Position numbers and translations under genes: made by a program. A model generated the notes under the pieces. The model made no database searches. It worked only from the letters and a program-made list of their open reading frames with translations, and had not been told where the DNA came from. A stretch of 64,000 nucleotides of DNA from Tubiluchus corallicola (taxonomy: Eukaryota; Animalia; Priapulida): NCBI GenBank assembly GCA_030141605.1, contig JAQGDQ010002389.1:62001-126000 (forward strand). The letters run 5' to 3'. Each line of letters opens with the position of its first letter. Position 1 is the first letter of the stretch. This document shows, piece by piece, positions 42,012 to 53,476 of the stretch.

Positions 42012-43502
42012 CTATTCCTTACAATGACGGTGAACAAACGATTCAACAGTCGAACAAGCTCCCTCCTTCAATAAAGCTTCAAAAATATTCCTTACCGGTG
42101 TTACAAAATCAGCGCGAAGTGGCAAATCATCCCCGAATATCTCTGAAATCCCCATTAGCGCAGAAACATACAATTCCGGATTATCTCCATATTTTTCAGA
42201 AATTTCCTGAAAAACAGATGCCATAGGATCACTAATCTCAATCGCTTTCCCCTGCTCATCTCGCCCCATAACATAGCGCATCCAAGCAGCAATCCCCATT
42301 GCAAATCCTTCAATATCACGCCCCTCTGAAAGGCACTGCCGAACAGGTAGCAATAAACGAGGCGCAAGCTTCTGCGATCCATCCATCGCAATTTGCCATG
42401 TACGATGCGATAAATTCGGATTACTAAAACGATCCACAAGCGTGTCCATATAATTAAAAATATCAATGGTAGAAGGAAGGTTCAATGTCGGTAAAACCTG
42501 ATATTCCATATTATGGCGGATAAATTTCCGGAAATAATCATTCTCCATAACCTGATCCATATATTCATACCCTGCTAAATAGCCAAGATACGCTAAAGTC
42601 GAATGACTCCCATTAAGAAGACGAAGCTTCATCTCTTCAAAAGGAGCAACATCCTTAACCAATAAGGCGCCTCCCTTCTCCCATATTGGACGATCATTAC
42701 AGAAATTATCCTCAATAACCCATTGCGTAAAAGGCTCGGCAAAAACAGCAGCCTGATCCTCTATACCTATCTTCTCCTCAAGCCACTCAATATCCTCAGA
42801 CCTACTCGCAGGAACAATTCTATCAACCATAGTGCAAGGAAAAGAAACAGAGTTTTCAACCCATTTTCCTAATTCTTCCGAAACTAAAAAAGCAAAACGC
42901 GTAATAATACGCTGCGCAATCTTTCCATTATGCGGCAAATTATCACAGGAAAGAACCGTAAAAGGTGAGCGATTATTATCAAAACGGCGCTTTAAAGCAG
43001 AAACAATAAACCCAATAGCCGTCTTAGGCGTCTCAAGAGAATCAATATCATGAAGAATATCCGGATGCTCTTCCTGTAGACCCTCTAAGACAGAATCATA
43101 GTAATATCCTTTCTCCGTAATCGTTAAAGAAACTATTGTTACCACTGGATCCGCCATTTTTTCAACTAATTTCCGCGGATCCTCTTGGGCGACAAAAACT
43201 TGCTGAACAATCCCAATAATACGAAAATCTTCCTCAACGCGACCACGAGTCGCGATAGTAAAAAGATAATCCTGCTCCTTTAAAAGATCTCGTACATGAG
43301 AAGAGCGTAAACTCGCTGCGCAAATTCCCCACTCCTCGCCCGTCGCCAAACTCGCTTCTTGTGTAAAAACAGCCTGATGCGCTCTATGAAACGCACCAAT
43401 TCCCAAGTGAACAATCTTCTCTTGCGCATTAAGCGAAACCGCAGGAGGAGGCGATACATTCGATGGCAAAGAGGACAACATGTCCCTAGAAAGTCTTTTC
43501 AT
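42012..43502 (-). CDS. uxuB: Mannitol dehydrogenase family, D-mannonate oxidoreductase (fructuronate reductase)-like
   Basis: IVHLGIGAFHRAHQA, TITEKGY, LSCDN, MVDRIVP, KLRLLNGSH, QIAMDGSQKL; follows uxaC. Confidence 0.85.
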   Translation of the reverse strand: MKRLSRDMLSSLPSNVSPPPAVSLNAQEKIVHLGIGAFHRAHQAVFTQEASLATGEEWGICAASLRSSHVRDLLKEQDYLFTIATRGRVEEDFRIIGIVQQVFVAQEDPRKLVEKMADPVVTIVSLTITEKGYYYDSVLEGLQEEHPDILHDIDSLETPKTAIGFIVSALKRRFDNNRSPFTVLSCDNLPHNGKIAQRIITRFAFLVSEELGKWVENSVSFPCTMVDRIVPASRSEDIEWLEEKIGIEDQAAVFAEPFTQWVIEDNFCNDRPIWEKGGALLVKDVAPFEEMKLRLLNGSHSTLAYLGYLAGYEYMDQVMENDYFRKFIRHNMEYQVLPTLNLPSTIDIFNYMDTLVDRFSNPNLSHRTWQIAMDGSQKLAPRLLLPVRQCLSEGRDIEGFAMGIAAWMRYVMGRDEQGKAIEISDPMASVFQEISEKYGDNPELYVSALMGISEIFGDDLPLRADFVTPVRNIFEALLKEGACSTVESFVHRHCKE

Positions 43503-43544
43503 TCAATAAATTCCTATTCATTATTAACAGCACAAAATAAGCTT

Positions 43545-44966
43545 TTATATCTTATACGCTTTTTTAGCAAAATTATATGTCAGATCACGCGCCAGCTCTA
43601 CCGCATCTTCCTCAAGCAAACGATGCTCCGCAACAAGACGAGAAAGCCAAGCACAGTCAATTCGACGCGCAACATCATGGCGTGCCGGAATCGAAAGAAA
43701 TGCCCGTGTGTCATCATTAAAACCAACCGTATTATAAAATCCTGCTGTCTCTGTCAAATATTCACGATAACGAAGCATTCCCTCCGGGCTATCATTAAAC
43801 CACCAAGCAGGTCCCAGCTTAAGAGATGGATAATGACCCGCCAACGGTGCAAGCTCACGACTATAACTCGTTTCATCTAAGGTAAATAAAATAATTGATA
43901 AGCGTGGATCACTTCCATAACGATCCAAAAGCGGCTTTAAAGAACGCGTATACTCACACGCAACAGGAATATCTCCCCCTTTATCTGAACCAAATCGTTC
44001 AAAAATAAAATGATTGTGATTCCTTAAAACTCCCGGATGAATTTGCATGACAAGACCATCCTCAAGACTCATCCGTGCCATTTCTGTCAACATAACACCT
44101 CTAAAAAGCTCTCGCTCCTCACTGCTCTCTTTCCTAAAAAGAATTTTTTGAAATAAAGAAGATGCTTCCGATAAAGATAAATCTGCCGTAAATGCTGTTG
44201 GATGACCATGATCCGTCGAAGTCGCACCATGTTCTTTAAAATATTCGCGCCTGTTTTGTAACGCCCTTAAATACCCTTCCCAACAGGATGTATCTTCCTT
44301 TGTAATCTCACCCAATTGAGCAATATTCTCTAAAAATCCTTTAAAATCAGGATCAACAACATTATCTGGTCTAAACGCTGTAATCACACTCCCCTGCCAG
44401 CCACTCTCCATAATCGCTTTATGATGTCGTAAATCATCTAAAGGATTCTCTGTTGTTGACAAAAGCTCTATATTAAAACGCTCAAACAATGTCCTAGGAA
44501 GAAAAGAAGGCTCTTGTAAACGCATATAAATCTCATCATAAATCTCATCTGCACTCTCTGACGTTAGCTTTTTCCTAATGCCTAAAATCTCATAAAAAGC
44601 ATAATCAAGCCACATCCGAGATGGCGTACCATGAAAAAGCTTGTGGTGCTCTGCAAATATTCTCCAGATTTTTCGAGGATCCTCCTCAACCTTTCCTCCA
44701 TCTACCCGCGGGACACCTAACGATTCTAAAGGAATCCCCTGGCTGTACAGCATACGGAATACATAATGATCCGGGATAATAAAAAGCTCTGACGGATTAC
44801 CAAAAGAAGTATTCTCCGCAAACCAAGCCGGATTCGTATGACCATGAGGGCTGATAATTGGCAAATCTTTGATTTCATCATAAAGAAGAGAGGCTATTGA
44901 CCTCATTTTTTCTTCCGCTGGAAACAAACGATTTGGATGTAAATAAAGTTCTGACATAGCGTACAT
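43545..44966 (-). CDS. uxaC: Uronate (glucuronate/galacturonate) isomerase
   Basis: SPHGHTNP, PDHYVFRMLYSQG, TDHGHP, GPAWWFND, GFNDDTRAF. Confidence 0.96.
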   Translation of the reverse strand: MYAMSELYLHPNRLFPAEEKMRSIASLLYDEIKDLPIISPHGHTNPAWFAENTSFGNPSELFIIPDHYVFRMLYSQGIPLESLGVPRVDGGKVEEDPRKIWRIFAEHHKLFHGTPSRMWLDYAFYEILGIRKKLTSESADEIYDEIYMRLQEPSFLPRTLFERFNIELLSTTENPLDDLRHHKAIMESGWQGSVITAFRPDNVVDPDFKGFLENIAQLGEITKEDTSCWEGYLRALQNRREYFKEHGATSTDHGHPTAFTADLSLSEASSLFQKILFRKESSEERELFRGVMLTEMARMSLEDGLVMQIHPGVLRNHNHFIFERFGSDKGGDIPVACEYTRSLKPLLDRYGSDPRLSIILFTLDETSYSRELAPLAGHYPSLKLGPAWWFNDSPEGMLRYREYLTETAGFYNTVGFNDDTRAFLSIPARHDVARRIDCAWLSRLVAEHRLLEEDAVELARDLTYNFAKKAYKI

Positions 44967-45167
44967 AACTCCCCAAGATAAATTGAAATAAATCGCAGAT
45001 ATTAAAATATATCCGCTGATTATAACGGCAAAAAATAAGCGTATCTATAAAAATTTCCCTTACTCTATAGCCTAGCAATTATGAATCAAACGGATAATTA
45101 AAGAATAAATGCTTTTTTAATCGCGTAACATATTGAAAACAAAAACAATAATATTATACCATTGCAT

Positions 45168-45181
45168 TATTAACGTTAATA
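45168..45181. promoter_or_regulatory. Perfect 14-bp palindrome TATTAACGTTAATA in the uxaC/carA divergent region, candidate operator
   Basis: Direct reading; central CG as in LacI-family operators. Confidence 0.4.
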
Positions 45182-45233
45182 TGTCATGTAATAAACAATA
45201 CACTATATACTATAAATCAAGAGTCCAGAGGTC

Positions 45234-46415
45234 ATGAATACTATAAAAAAACCCTCTTATTTATCCCAGAAAGCTCATTTTACTGGTGCTGTTATTCTTC
45301 AAGACGGAACAACTTTTAAAGGATATGGAGCAGGAAGTATCGGAATCGCCCTTGGGGAAGTTTGCTTCAACACCTCTATGACTGGCTACCAGGAAATCCT
45401 TACAGATCCTTCCTATACAGGGCAAATTATTACTTTTACATTCCCTCACATCGGCAATACAGGCACAAATTCAGAAGATAATGAATCAGAAAGCTTTACC
45501 GTATCCGGCTGTATCTTTCACACGGATATTACCTCCCCTTCCAACTGGCGATCAAAACAACATTTTAACAGCTGGCTGACTCAAAGGCATGTTGTTGCAG
45601 TTCATGGAATCGACACACGCGCTCTCGTACAACATATAAGAAAACACGGAGCCTCTATCGGCGCCATTATTCACGATCCGCAAGGAGAAATTGATTCAAA
45701 CCTTCTGACACGCCTTTTACACGATTTTCCTCCGATAGAAGGTCGAGATCTAACGGCTGATGTCGCTCAACCTCATGCCACCCCTTGGAAACAGCTCAAA
45801 GAAACTCATAACACGGATATAATATCTCACAAAAAATTTCATGTCGTCGCCATTAATTACGGAATGAAAAGCAATATTGTCCGCTCTCTCGAAAAAAATA
45901 ATTGCCAAGTAACACGAGTCTCTCCTCAAACAACAGCAAAGAATATTCTCGATTTAAAACCAGACGGCATCTTCCTTTCAAATGGACCCGGCGACCCAGC
46001 CGCTACCGCGGTATATGCTGTACCTATCCTTCAGGATCTTCTTAAAACAGACATTCCTATTTTTGGAATTTGCTTCGGGCACCAGCTTCTCGCCCTAGCA
46101 CTAGGAGCAAAAACAGAAAAACTCCCTTTTGGGCACAGAGGCGCTAACCACCCTGTCAAAAATTTGGAAACAGGACTAGTTGAAATCACAAGCCAAAATC
46201 ATGGGTTCATTGTACAGAGAGAAACACTCCCCAAACATCTTATCGAAACACATGTTTCCCTTTTCGATAACAGTATTGAAGGCATTCGTGTCCAGGGAAA
46301 AAACCAATTTTCCGTGCAATTCCACCCTGAATCTTCCCCAGGACCTCACGATTCTTGCGAGCTCTTCCTTCAGTTTGTAAAAATGATGGAACAAAAAATC
46401 CACCCCAAAAAATAG
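45234..46415 (+). CDS. carA: Carbamoyl-phosphate synthase small subunit
   Basis: [42 protein letters not shown]. Confidence 0.98.
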   Translation: MNTIKKPSYLSQKAHFTGAVILQDGTTFKGYGAGSIGIALGEVCFNTSMTGYQEILTDPSYTGQIITFTFPHIGNTGTNSEDNESESFTVSGCIFHTDITSPSNWRSKQHFNSWLTQRHVVAVHGIDTRALVQHIRKHGASIGAIIHDPQGEIDSNLLTRLLHDFPPIEGRDLTADVAQPHATPWKQLKETHNTDIISHKKFHVVAINYGMKSNIVRSLEKNNCQVTRVSPQTTAKNILDLKPDGIFLSNGPGDPAATAVYAVPILQDLLKTDIPIFGICFGHQLLALALGAKTEKLPFGHRGANHPVKNLETGLVEITSQNHGFIVQRETLPKHLIETHVSLFDNSIEGIRVQGKNQFSVQFHPESSPGPHDSCELFLQFVKMMEQKIHPKK

Positions 46416-46425
46416 AGACTATATC

Positions 46426-49400
46426 ATGCCACGTAGAAACGACATTCATTGTATTCTTGTTATCGGCGCCGGACCCATCATTATTGGGCAAGCCTGCGAA
46501 TTTGACTACTCAGGAACACAGGCCTGCAAAGCCTTGAAAGAAGAAGGCTATAGAGTCGTCCTTGTCAATTCCAATCCTGCAACAATCATGACCGACCCGG
46601 AAATCGCAGACGCAACCTATATAGAACCTCTAACTGAACAATATATCGAAAAAATTATCGAAAAAGAAAAACCCGACGCTATTTTGCCAACAATGGGGGG
46701 CCAAACAGCTCTAAATATCGCTTTGGAGCTTTCGAAAAACGGAATCCTTAAAAAACACCACATAGAACTTATTGGCGCACGAGAAGAGTCTATAGAAAAA
46801 GCAGAAAATAGAGAACTTTTTCGACTCTCTATGGAAAATATCGGCCTTGATATTCCCAAAAGCGGACTCGCTCACAATGTGCATGAAGCCAACGCAATAC
46901 AAGAAAAGCTTGGCTTGCCTCTTATCATACGCCCCTCCTTTACACTCGGAGGAACTGGCGGCGGAGTCGCATGGAATAAAGAAGAATTCAAACAAATCGT
47001 CCATAAAGGACTCGAAGCTTCTCCCACAAACCAAATTCTCATTGAGGAATCTGTAACTGGATGGAAAGAATTCGAAATGGAAGTCGTTCGTGATAAGGCG
47101 GATAACTGCATTATCGTCTGCTCTATCGAAAATATAGATCCTATGGGAGTCCATACAGGCGATTCTATCACGGTCGCTCCCGCATTAACACTCACAGATA
47201 AAGAATATCAAAAAATGCGCGACGCTTCTATCGCCGTGCTTCGCGAAATCGGCGTCGATACAGGAGGCTCTAACGTACAATTCGCTATTAATCCTCGTAA
47301 TGGGCATATGGTCGTTATTGAAATGAACCCAAGAGTATCACGCTCTTCCGCTCTTGCCTCCAAGGCGACCGGCTTTCCAATCGCGCGAATCGCGACAAAG
47401 CTGGCCATCGGTTATACGCTCGATGAAATATCTAACGATGTTACAGAATCGACACCCGCTTCCTTCGAGCCTTCCATCGACTATATAGTTACAAAAATCC
47501 CCAGATTCGCATTTGAAAAATTTCCAGAAACACCAAAGATTCTTACCACTTCAATGAAATCTGTCGGAGAAGTGATGGCGATTGGGCGAACCTTTGCGCA
47601 CTCCCTGCAAAAAGGGCTGAGATCTCTGGAAACAGGGCTAACAGGTCTGAATGAAATCGAATTTTCCGATATGAATAATCAATGGACAACTAACACTATG
47701 AAAGCTGCGCTAGCGCAGTATAAACCTGATAGAATTCTTCTGATCGCGCAAGCCTTTCGTTTTGGGCTATCCCTAGAAGAAATCCATGACGCCTCGTCCT
47801 ATGATCCTTGGTTTTTAGAACAAATTCAACATATCGTCAATGTAGAAGAAGAGGTTAAAAAAAGCGGCCTTCCCAATGACGCTTCCACTTTCCTACACCT
47901 CAAAAAACTTGGGTTTTCCGATGAACGACTCTCTGAACTCACAGGAAAAACTCTCGAAGAAGTCCAATTCAGACGATTCGCCTTCAATGTACATCCTGTC
48001 TATAAACGAGTCGATACATGCGCCGCAGAATTTGAATCAACCACTTTTTATATGTACTCCACCTGGGAAGGCGATGGCGAAACAGCAGCACAATGCGAAT
48101 CTAACCCTTCAGACGCCCAAAAAATCATCATACTGGGCAGTGGACCAAATCGTATCGGTCAGGGAATTGAGTTCGATTACTGTTGCGTACATGCTTCACA
48201 AGCCCTTCAAAAAGCTGGCTACGAAACAATTATGATCAATTGTAATCCCGAAACTGTATCAACAGATTACGACACCTCAAGTCGACTCTATTTTGAGCCC
48301 CTCACCCAAGAAGAAACCATCGAGCTTATCCTGAAAGAAAAACAGCATGGCGAACTTCTTGGCGTTATCGTCCAGTTCGGAGGGCAAACGCCTTTAAAAT
48401 TAGCTCATGCTCTCCAAAAACATAATATCCCCATCCTAGGAACATCTCCAGAAAATATAGACTTGGCAGAAGATAGAGAACGCTTCCAAAAACTACTTAT
48501 AGAACTTGATTTGCTTCAACCTAGAAATGCTATCGCTTTTTCACCTGAAGATGCCTTTAAAGCCGCTAAAAACATTGAATTCCCTCTCGTTATTCGTCCT
48601 TCCTATGTCCTGGGAGGGCGCGGAATGGAAATCGTCTATACAGAACAAGCCTTAGAACATTATATTCATAATGCCGTGAAAATCTCTGGCAAAAATCCCG
48701 TTTTGCTCGATTCCTTCCTGAAAAACGCTGTTGAAGTCGATGTCGATGCAATCTGTGATGGAAAAGATGTCTATATCGCCGGAATCATGCAACATATTGA
48801 AGAAGCCGGCATTCATTCTGGAGACTCCGCATGCACACTTCCTCCTCATTCCTTAGACAATAGCTGTCTGGAATCACTGAAACAACAAACAAAAAAATTA
48901 GCCCTAGAGTTAAACGTTATCGGTCTTATCAATGTGCAGTTCGCTATTAAAGACAGTATCATCTACATACTGGAAGCCAACCCACGCGCCAGCCGTACAA
49001 TTCCTTTTGTTGCGAAAACAACCGGTACCCCCGTTGCTAAAATCGCTGCCAGAATTATGGCCGGAGAAAAATTAGCCGATATGTCTCTTCGATCTTTTTC
49101 AACACTCTCCTATATAGGTGTAAAAGAACCAGTCTTTCCATTCGCGCGTTTTGAAGGCGTTGACACAATCCTCGGGCCAGAAATGAAATCTACAGGAGAA
49201 TCTATGGGAATCGCCCCTACCCATGCTGAAGCCTTCGCTCGAGCCCAACTAGGAGCAAAAAATTTCTTGCCTCTTTCTGGTACTGTTTTTATCTCCTTAA
49301 AAGACGATGACAAATCTATGTTTATAAATGCCGCACAAAAATTAATAAAAATGGGCTTTTCTATCGTGGCAACACAAGGAACAGAAAAAGCCCTGCGAAA

Positions 49401-49677
49401 AGCCGGCGTTCCTATCCAGAAAATCAATAAAGTATATGAAGGAAGACCTCATTGTATTGACGCTATTAAAAATAACAATATCCACCTCGTTATTAATACA
49501 ACAACAAGTGGACGGCAAGTTATTGATGACGCAACTTCTATCAGAAGAACCGCTCTCGCAATGAAAATACCCTGCTTTACAAATGCAATGGCCGCACTTG
49601 TCGCCATAGAAGCTATCGAATCCCTCAAAAAAAGCGAATTAAAAATTCAGCCACTGCATGAGTATTTTAGCCAATAA
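46426..49677 (+). CDS. carB: Carbamoyl-phosphate synthase large subunit
   Basis: [10 protein letters not shown], duplicated ATP-grasp (RPSFTLGG / RPSYVLGG), [13 protein letters not shown] domain. Confidence 0.99.
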   Translation: MPRRNDIHCILVIGAGPIIIGQACEFDYSGTQACKALKEEGYRVVLVNSNPATIMTDPEIADATYIEPLTEQYIEKIIEKEKPDAILPTMGGQTALNIALELSKNGILKKHHIELIGAREESIEKAENRELFRLSMENIGLDIPKSGLAHNVHEANAIQEKLGLPLIIRPSFTLGGTGGGVAWNKEEFKQIVHKGLEASPTNQILIEESVTGWKEFEMEVVRDKADNCIIVCSIENIDPMGVHTGDSITVAPALTLTDKEYQKMRDASIAVLREIGVDTGGSNVQFAINPRNGHMVVIEMNPRVSRSSALASKATGFPIARIATKLAIGYTLDEISNDVTESTPASFEPSIDYIVTKIPRFAFEKFPETPKILTTSMKSVGEVMAIGRTFAHSLQKGLRSLETGLTGLNEIEFSDMNNQWTTNTMKAALAQYKPDRILLIAQAFRFGLSLEEIHDASSYDPWFLEQIQHIVNVEEEVKKSGLPNDASTFLHLKKLGFSDERLSELTGKTLEEVQFRRFAFNVHPVYKRVDTCAAEFESTTFYMYSTWEGDGETAAQCESNPSDAQKIIILGSGPNRIGQGIEFDYCCVHASQALQKAGYETIMINCNPETVSTDYDTSSRLYFEPLTQEETIELILKEKQHGELLGVIVQFGGQTPLKLAHALQKHNIPILGTSPENIDLAEDRERFQKLLIELDLLQPRNAIAFSPEDAFKAAKNIEFPLVIRPSYVLGGRGMEIVYTEQALEHYIHNAVKISGKNPVLLDSFLKNAVEVDVDAICDGKDVYIAGIMQHIEEAGIHSGDSACTLPPHSLDNSCLESLKQQTKKLALELNVIGLINVQFAIKDSIIYILEANPRASRTIPFVAKTTGTPVAKIAARIMAGEKLADMSLRSFSTLSYIGVKEPVFPFARFEGVDTILGPEMKSTGESMGIAPTHAEAFARAQLGAKNFLPLSGTVFISLKDDDKSMFINAAQKLIKMGFSIVATQGTEKALRKAGVPIQKINKVYEGRPHCIDAIKNNNIHLVINTTTSGRQVIDDATSIRRTALAMKIPCFTNAMAALVAIEAIESLKKSELKIQPLHEYFSQ

Positions 49678-49717
49678 AGTTTAATAGATTGCTTTATATA
49701 TATTTTTTTAGTTTATC

Positions 49718-49746
49718 TTGACTTTCAAGAAAATTATCCTTACATT
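49718..49746 (+). promoter_or_regulatory. sigma70 promoter for greA
   Basis: TTGACT-N17-TACATT; the -35 is embedded in the inverted repeat CTTGA-CTT-TCAAG. Confidence 0.6.
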
Positions 49747-49835
49747 TACATACTTAAATCAATATTACACGCTCATACGCTCTGAATATAGATACTTTCT
49801 TTCTACTTTATCATAATTAAGGGAAATCAAAGAAC

Positions 49836-50309
49836 ATGGAAAAAATTCCAATGACACCTGAAGGTTTGCAGCGTCTAGAACAAGAGCTACGTAATCTAAA
49901 AGCTATCGAAAGACCCGCTGCCATTAAAGCGATAGCAGAAGCTCGTGAACATGGTGACCTCTCTGAAAATGCTGAGTACCATGCTGCCCGCGAAAAACAA
50001 GGGTTTATAGAAGGGAGAATTATGGAGCTGGAAAGTGTCATATCTCGAGCAGAAGTCATAAACACTTCCCAGATCAGTGGAGATTCTATCCGCTTTAGCG
50101 CTAATGTCATTATCGCAGATGAAGAAACAGAAGAAGAAAAACAATTCCAGATCGTCGGCCAATATGAAGCTGATATCGATCAGGGAAAAATTTCCATTAC
50201 CTCCCCATTAGCACGCGCGCTTATTGGAAAAACACCTGGTGATATCGTAGAAGTAAAAACACCCAAAGGGCACCGAACCTACGAAATTATCGAAGTGTCT
50301 TATCTCTAA
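49836..50309 (+). CDS. greA: Transcription elongation factor GreA
   Basis: [28 protein letters not shown]. Confidence 0.98.
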   Translation: MEKIPMTPEGLQRLEQELRNLKAIERPAAIKAIAEAREHGDLSENAEYHAAREKQGFIEGRIMELESVISRAEVINTSQISGDSIRFSANVIIADEETEEEKQFQIVGQYEADIDQGKISITSPLARALIGKTPGDIVEVKTPKGHRTYEIIEVSYL

Positions 50310-50360
50310 AATTTCCTTCAAAGCCAAACAATAGAGGCACAAAACAGTTTATCATCTTTT

Positions 50361-52442
50361 TTATGACTGCAAAAGTTTAAGACTATTGTGGCACTCGAAT
50401 AAATGAAGTAAAACTTTGATAGCCTTTCCTCTCTCCGAGGTTAAATATGGATCCTCCTTTAACAAGGATATAGCTTCTTTTCGAGCTTCTGACAATAATT
50501 CAAAATCCCTAGATATCTCCGCAAAACGAAATGTCGGAAGACCCGTTTGGCGTGCTCCTAAAATCTCCCCTTCTCCCCGTAACTTCAGATCTTCCTCCGC
50601 AATATAAAAACCATCTTCACTCCTGCGTAAAATTTCCAAACGCTGGCGCGCCATAGATGTTAAATTCTCCGCATATAATAAAAGACAGCTCGACTCCTCA
50701 GACCCACGTCCAATTCTCCCACGAAGTTGATGAATTTGTGCTAAACCAAAACGTTCCGCATGCTCAATAATCATAATAGTCGCTTCCGGTATATCAATTC
50801 CAACTTCAATAACTGTCGTCGCAACCAAAACAGCAGCCTTCCCTTCCGAAAAGGCGCGCATGGAAGCTTCCTTCTCCTCTGGCTTCATACGACCATGAAT
50901 AAGATAAACAAAAGACTCCCCTAATAACGATTGCAAAGTCGCAAAACGCTCTTCCGCAGAAATAAGTGGCATTTCTTCACTATCCTCAACAAGTGGGCAA
51001 ACCCAAAAAACTTTCGCCCCGTAACTCAACATCTCCTTTATACGGCTGACAACATTCCCCAACCGCTTGTTCGGAAGAACACGCGTCTTAACTGGCTTAC
51101 GCCCCGGAAGCCTCTCTTTTAATTGAGATGACTCCATATCTCCATAAATTGTCATCATCATCGTTCTCGGAATTGGAGTCGCCGTCATAACAAGAACATT
51201 AACCCCTTCTCCTTGCGATACAAGCGCAAGACGTTGATAAACACCAAAACGATGCTGTTCATCAATAACCGCAAAGCCTAATTCCTTAAAAACAACTTGC
51301 TCCTGAAATAACGCATGAGTCCCTATAATAATACGCGCTTCTCCCTTTTCTATCGCCTCCAAACATTCTTTTCGTTTTTTTCCTTTCTCATTTCCCGTCA
51401 ACAAAATCGTCTTTATTCCTAAAATATCCGTAAAAGTAGAAATCATCTTATAATGCTGGGAAGCTAAAATACCCGTCGGAACCATTAAAGCCGCTTGGAA
51501 ACCACTTTCAACCACAGATAACATTCCTAAAAATGCAACTATCGTTTTGCCACTCCCAACATCTCCCTGCAGTAAACGAACCATCTTTACAGGAAGGGAC
51601 AAATCATTGCAGATATCATTAACCGCTTGACGTTGCTCATCTGTCAAATCATAAGAAAGACGCGAAAGAACCTCACGCGCAAACCTGCCATCCCCTTGCG
51701 CAGCAATGGCCGGAATTTTTCGAAGACGAGCTCGAACAAGAAGCAAACTTAACTGGTTAGCCAGTAGCTCATCATAAGTAAGACGTTGTAGCGCCAAAAG
51801 CCGCTGATTACGAGCTTCATTCGATGACGGCGCATGCAAACACAAAAAAGAATCCTTCCATCCTGACCATCCTCTATGAGAACAAACATCTGTATCCAAC
51901 CATTCCGGTAGTGTTGGAAGAGAATTTAAAATATGCGTGATCGCACGATGAATCGTATATTTCCCTAAAGAAGAAATCAGCGGATAAATAGGCTCAATCC
52001 TGCAAATAAGATCACGATCCTTTTCCGATCCAATATAGTCAGGATGAATCATTTGTAGAATATTTTGATAACGCTCAACAGTTCCACTCACAATCCTCCT
52101 GGAATTCAAAGGAAGCGATCGGGACAGCCACGCTTCACGAACATGGAAAAAAACAAGAACAACTTCCCCTGTATCGTCATGGCAATGAATACGCCATGGC
52201 TGCCGTTTAATAGCCGGAGCCTCATAGCGATCCACATGCAAAAAAAGCGTCACGATCTCTCCTGACCGCGCTTCCGCTACAGTTGGACTATAGCGCCGAT
52301 CAATATATGAAATAGGTAAATGGCTTAAGAGATCAAATACATGATGAAATCCATGCTTTTTTAATCTCAAAAATAACCTGTCACCAATGCCAGGCAATGT
52401 CCGTATACTTTTAAATAAAGGATAAAGAGATTCCGGCCGCAT
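50361..52442 (-). CDS. recG: ATP-dependent DNA helicase RecG
   Basis: LQGDVGSGKT, DEQHRFG, MTATPIPRT, QLRGRIGRG, DLKLRGEGE. Confidence 0.98.
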   Translation of the reverse strand: MRPESLYPLFKSIRTLPGIGDRLFLRLKKHGFHHVFDLLSHLPISYIDRRYSPTVAEARSGEIVTLFLHVDRYEAPAIKRQPWRIHCHDDTGEVVLVFFHVREAWLSRSLPLNSRRIVSGTVERYQNILQMIHPDYIGSEKDRDLICRIEPIYPLISSLGKYTIHRAITHILNSLPTLPEWLDTDVCSHRGWSGWKDSFLCLHAPSSNEARNQRLLALQRLTYDELLANQLSLLLVRARLRKIPAIAAQGDGRFAREVLSRLSYDLTDEQRQAVNDICNDLSLPVKMVRLLQGDVGSGKTIVAFLGMLSVVESGFQAALMVPTGILASQHYKMISTFTDILGIKTILLTGNEKGKKRKECLEAIEKGEARIIIGTHALFQEQVVFKELGFAVIDEQHRFGVYQRLALVSQGEGVNVLVMTATPIPRTMMMTIYGDMESSQLKERLPGRKPVKTRVLPNKRLGNVVSRIKEMLSYGAKVFWVCPLVEDSEEMPLISAEERFATLQSLLGESFVYLIHGRMKPEEKEASMRAFSEGKAAVLVATTVIEVGIDIPEATIMIIEHAERFGLAQIHQLRGRIGRGSEESSCLLLYAENLTSMARQRLEILRRSEDGFYIAEEDLKLRGEGEILGARQTGLPTFRFAEISRDFELLSEARKEAISLLKEDPYLTSERGKAIKVLLHLFECHNSLKLLQS

Positions 52443-52617
52443 AATATATTATCTCCTCTTTCTATCTTTCTTACTGATCATTTTTTCAAATAAAACAAGA
52501 AAAAACTTTCCATGACTCATCATATAATTTATAGTGCTCCGTAAAGGATTTTTTTACTTAATTAGTTTAGAGTATAAAACTTAAGATAAACTATAAAATT
52601 CATAAGGTGACAATATA

Positions 52618-53391
52618 ATGAAAAAAATAGACAAATCTTTAATCGCCACAGGCTTAGGAACAATACTCATTGTTTTTGCCTCTGCTTTTCCTGCTGCTGC
52701 TGAAAGTAATTGGTATCTCAAAGGAAGCCTTTCGTATGCGCATCCCGGTGGTGACGGAGATTACGAAGCGGACTCTCTTAATTTTTTGACCGACCCATCA
52801 AGACCTACCTACAAAGGTAACGGAAGCTTTGGAGAAGGAGGAGGGTTTGATATTGCAATCGGCTACAGAATCGCTCCGCTTTTACGAGCTGAAGCAGAAC
52901 TAGGATACTATACTGCAAAATGGTCTCCTTCAAATGTATCTCGTTACAGCACCAAATTTAAAAATTTATCTTTAATGGGCAACCTATTTTTTGAAATTCC
53001 AGCCTCAGAAACGGTCACTCCTTTCTTTGGCGGAGGCATTGGAATGGTGCATTCAAAGAACTCAACAGAGCTCATAGTCACAGAACAGGTCATGACAGAC
53101 CCAGGAGATGACACTGTAGACCCTCCTGTTCCTCCTACATATGAGAACAGAGACATAACATATAGCTACAACGCAAAAACATGGGTCCCCGGCGCACAAG
53201 CCATTGCTGGCATTGCATTCAAGCTTCCCAGTAACATTGAATTGCTCATAGAGTATAATTTCATTATGACAGACGATCCTGAATCAGAGGTTCCGTTAAG
53301 TGCGATTCCAGGCAATGAACCTGCTTTTAAAGAAAAATACGGCTATACCACCTCACACCATATCGGTGTGGGAATTCGGCTCCCTTTCTAA
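52618..53391 (+). CDS. Outer-membrane 8-stranded beta-barrel protein (OMP_b-brl/opacity/Msp4-like), paralog 1
   Basis: Signal peptide, WYLKG, AIGYR, RAEAELGY, LMGNLFFEIP, PFFGGGIG, QAIAG, terminal Phe. Confidence 0.85.
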   Translation: MKKIDKSLIATGLGTILIVFASAFPAAAESNWYLKGSLSYAHPGGDGDYEADSLNFLTDPSRPTYKGNGSFGEGGGFDIAIGYRIAPLLRAEAELGYYTAKWSPSNVSRYSTKFKNLSLMGNLFFEIPASETVTPFFGGGIGMVHSKNSTELIVTEQVMTDPGDDTVDPPVPPTYENRDITYSYNAKTWVPGAQAIAGIAFKLPSNIELLIEYNFIMTDDPESEVPLSAIPGNEPAFKEKYGYTTSHHIGVGIRLPF

Positions 53392-53448
53392 AAAATAAAA
53401 AGGTCCGTTTTATAAATACAACAATGACTATCTAAAAAATTTTCCTCC

Positions 53449-53476
53449 AAGGGTTGGAAAAATTTTCAACCCTTTT
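53449..53476 (+). terminator. Hairpin terminator after OMP paralog 1
   Basis: AAGGGTTGGAAAA-A-TTTTCAACCCTT followed by TT. Confidence 0.65.

Noticed and set aside
43359-43880. 173-aa + strand ORF and many similar 60-170-aa antisense or off-frame ORFs
   Set aside because: They overlap well-supported genes, lack motifs, and are expected from the strand bias.
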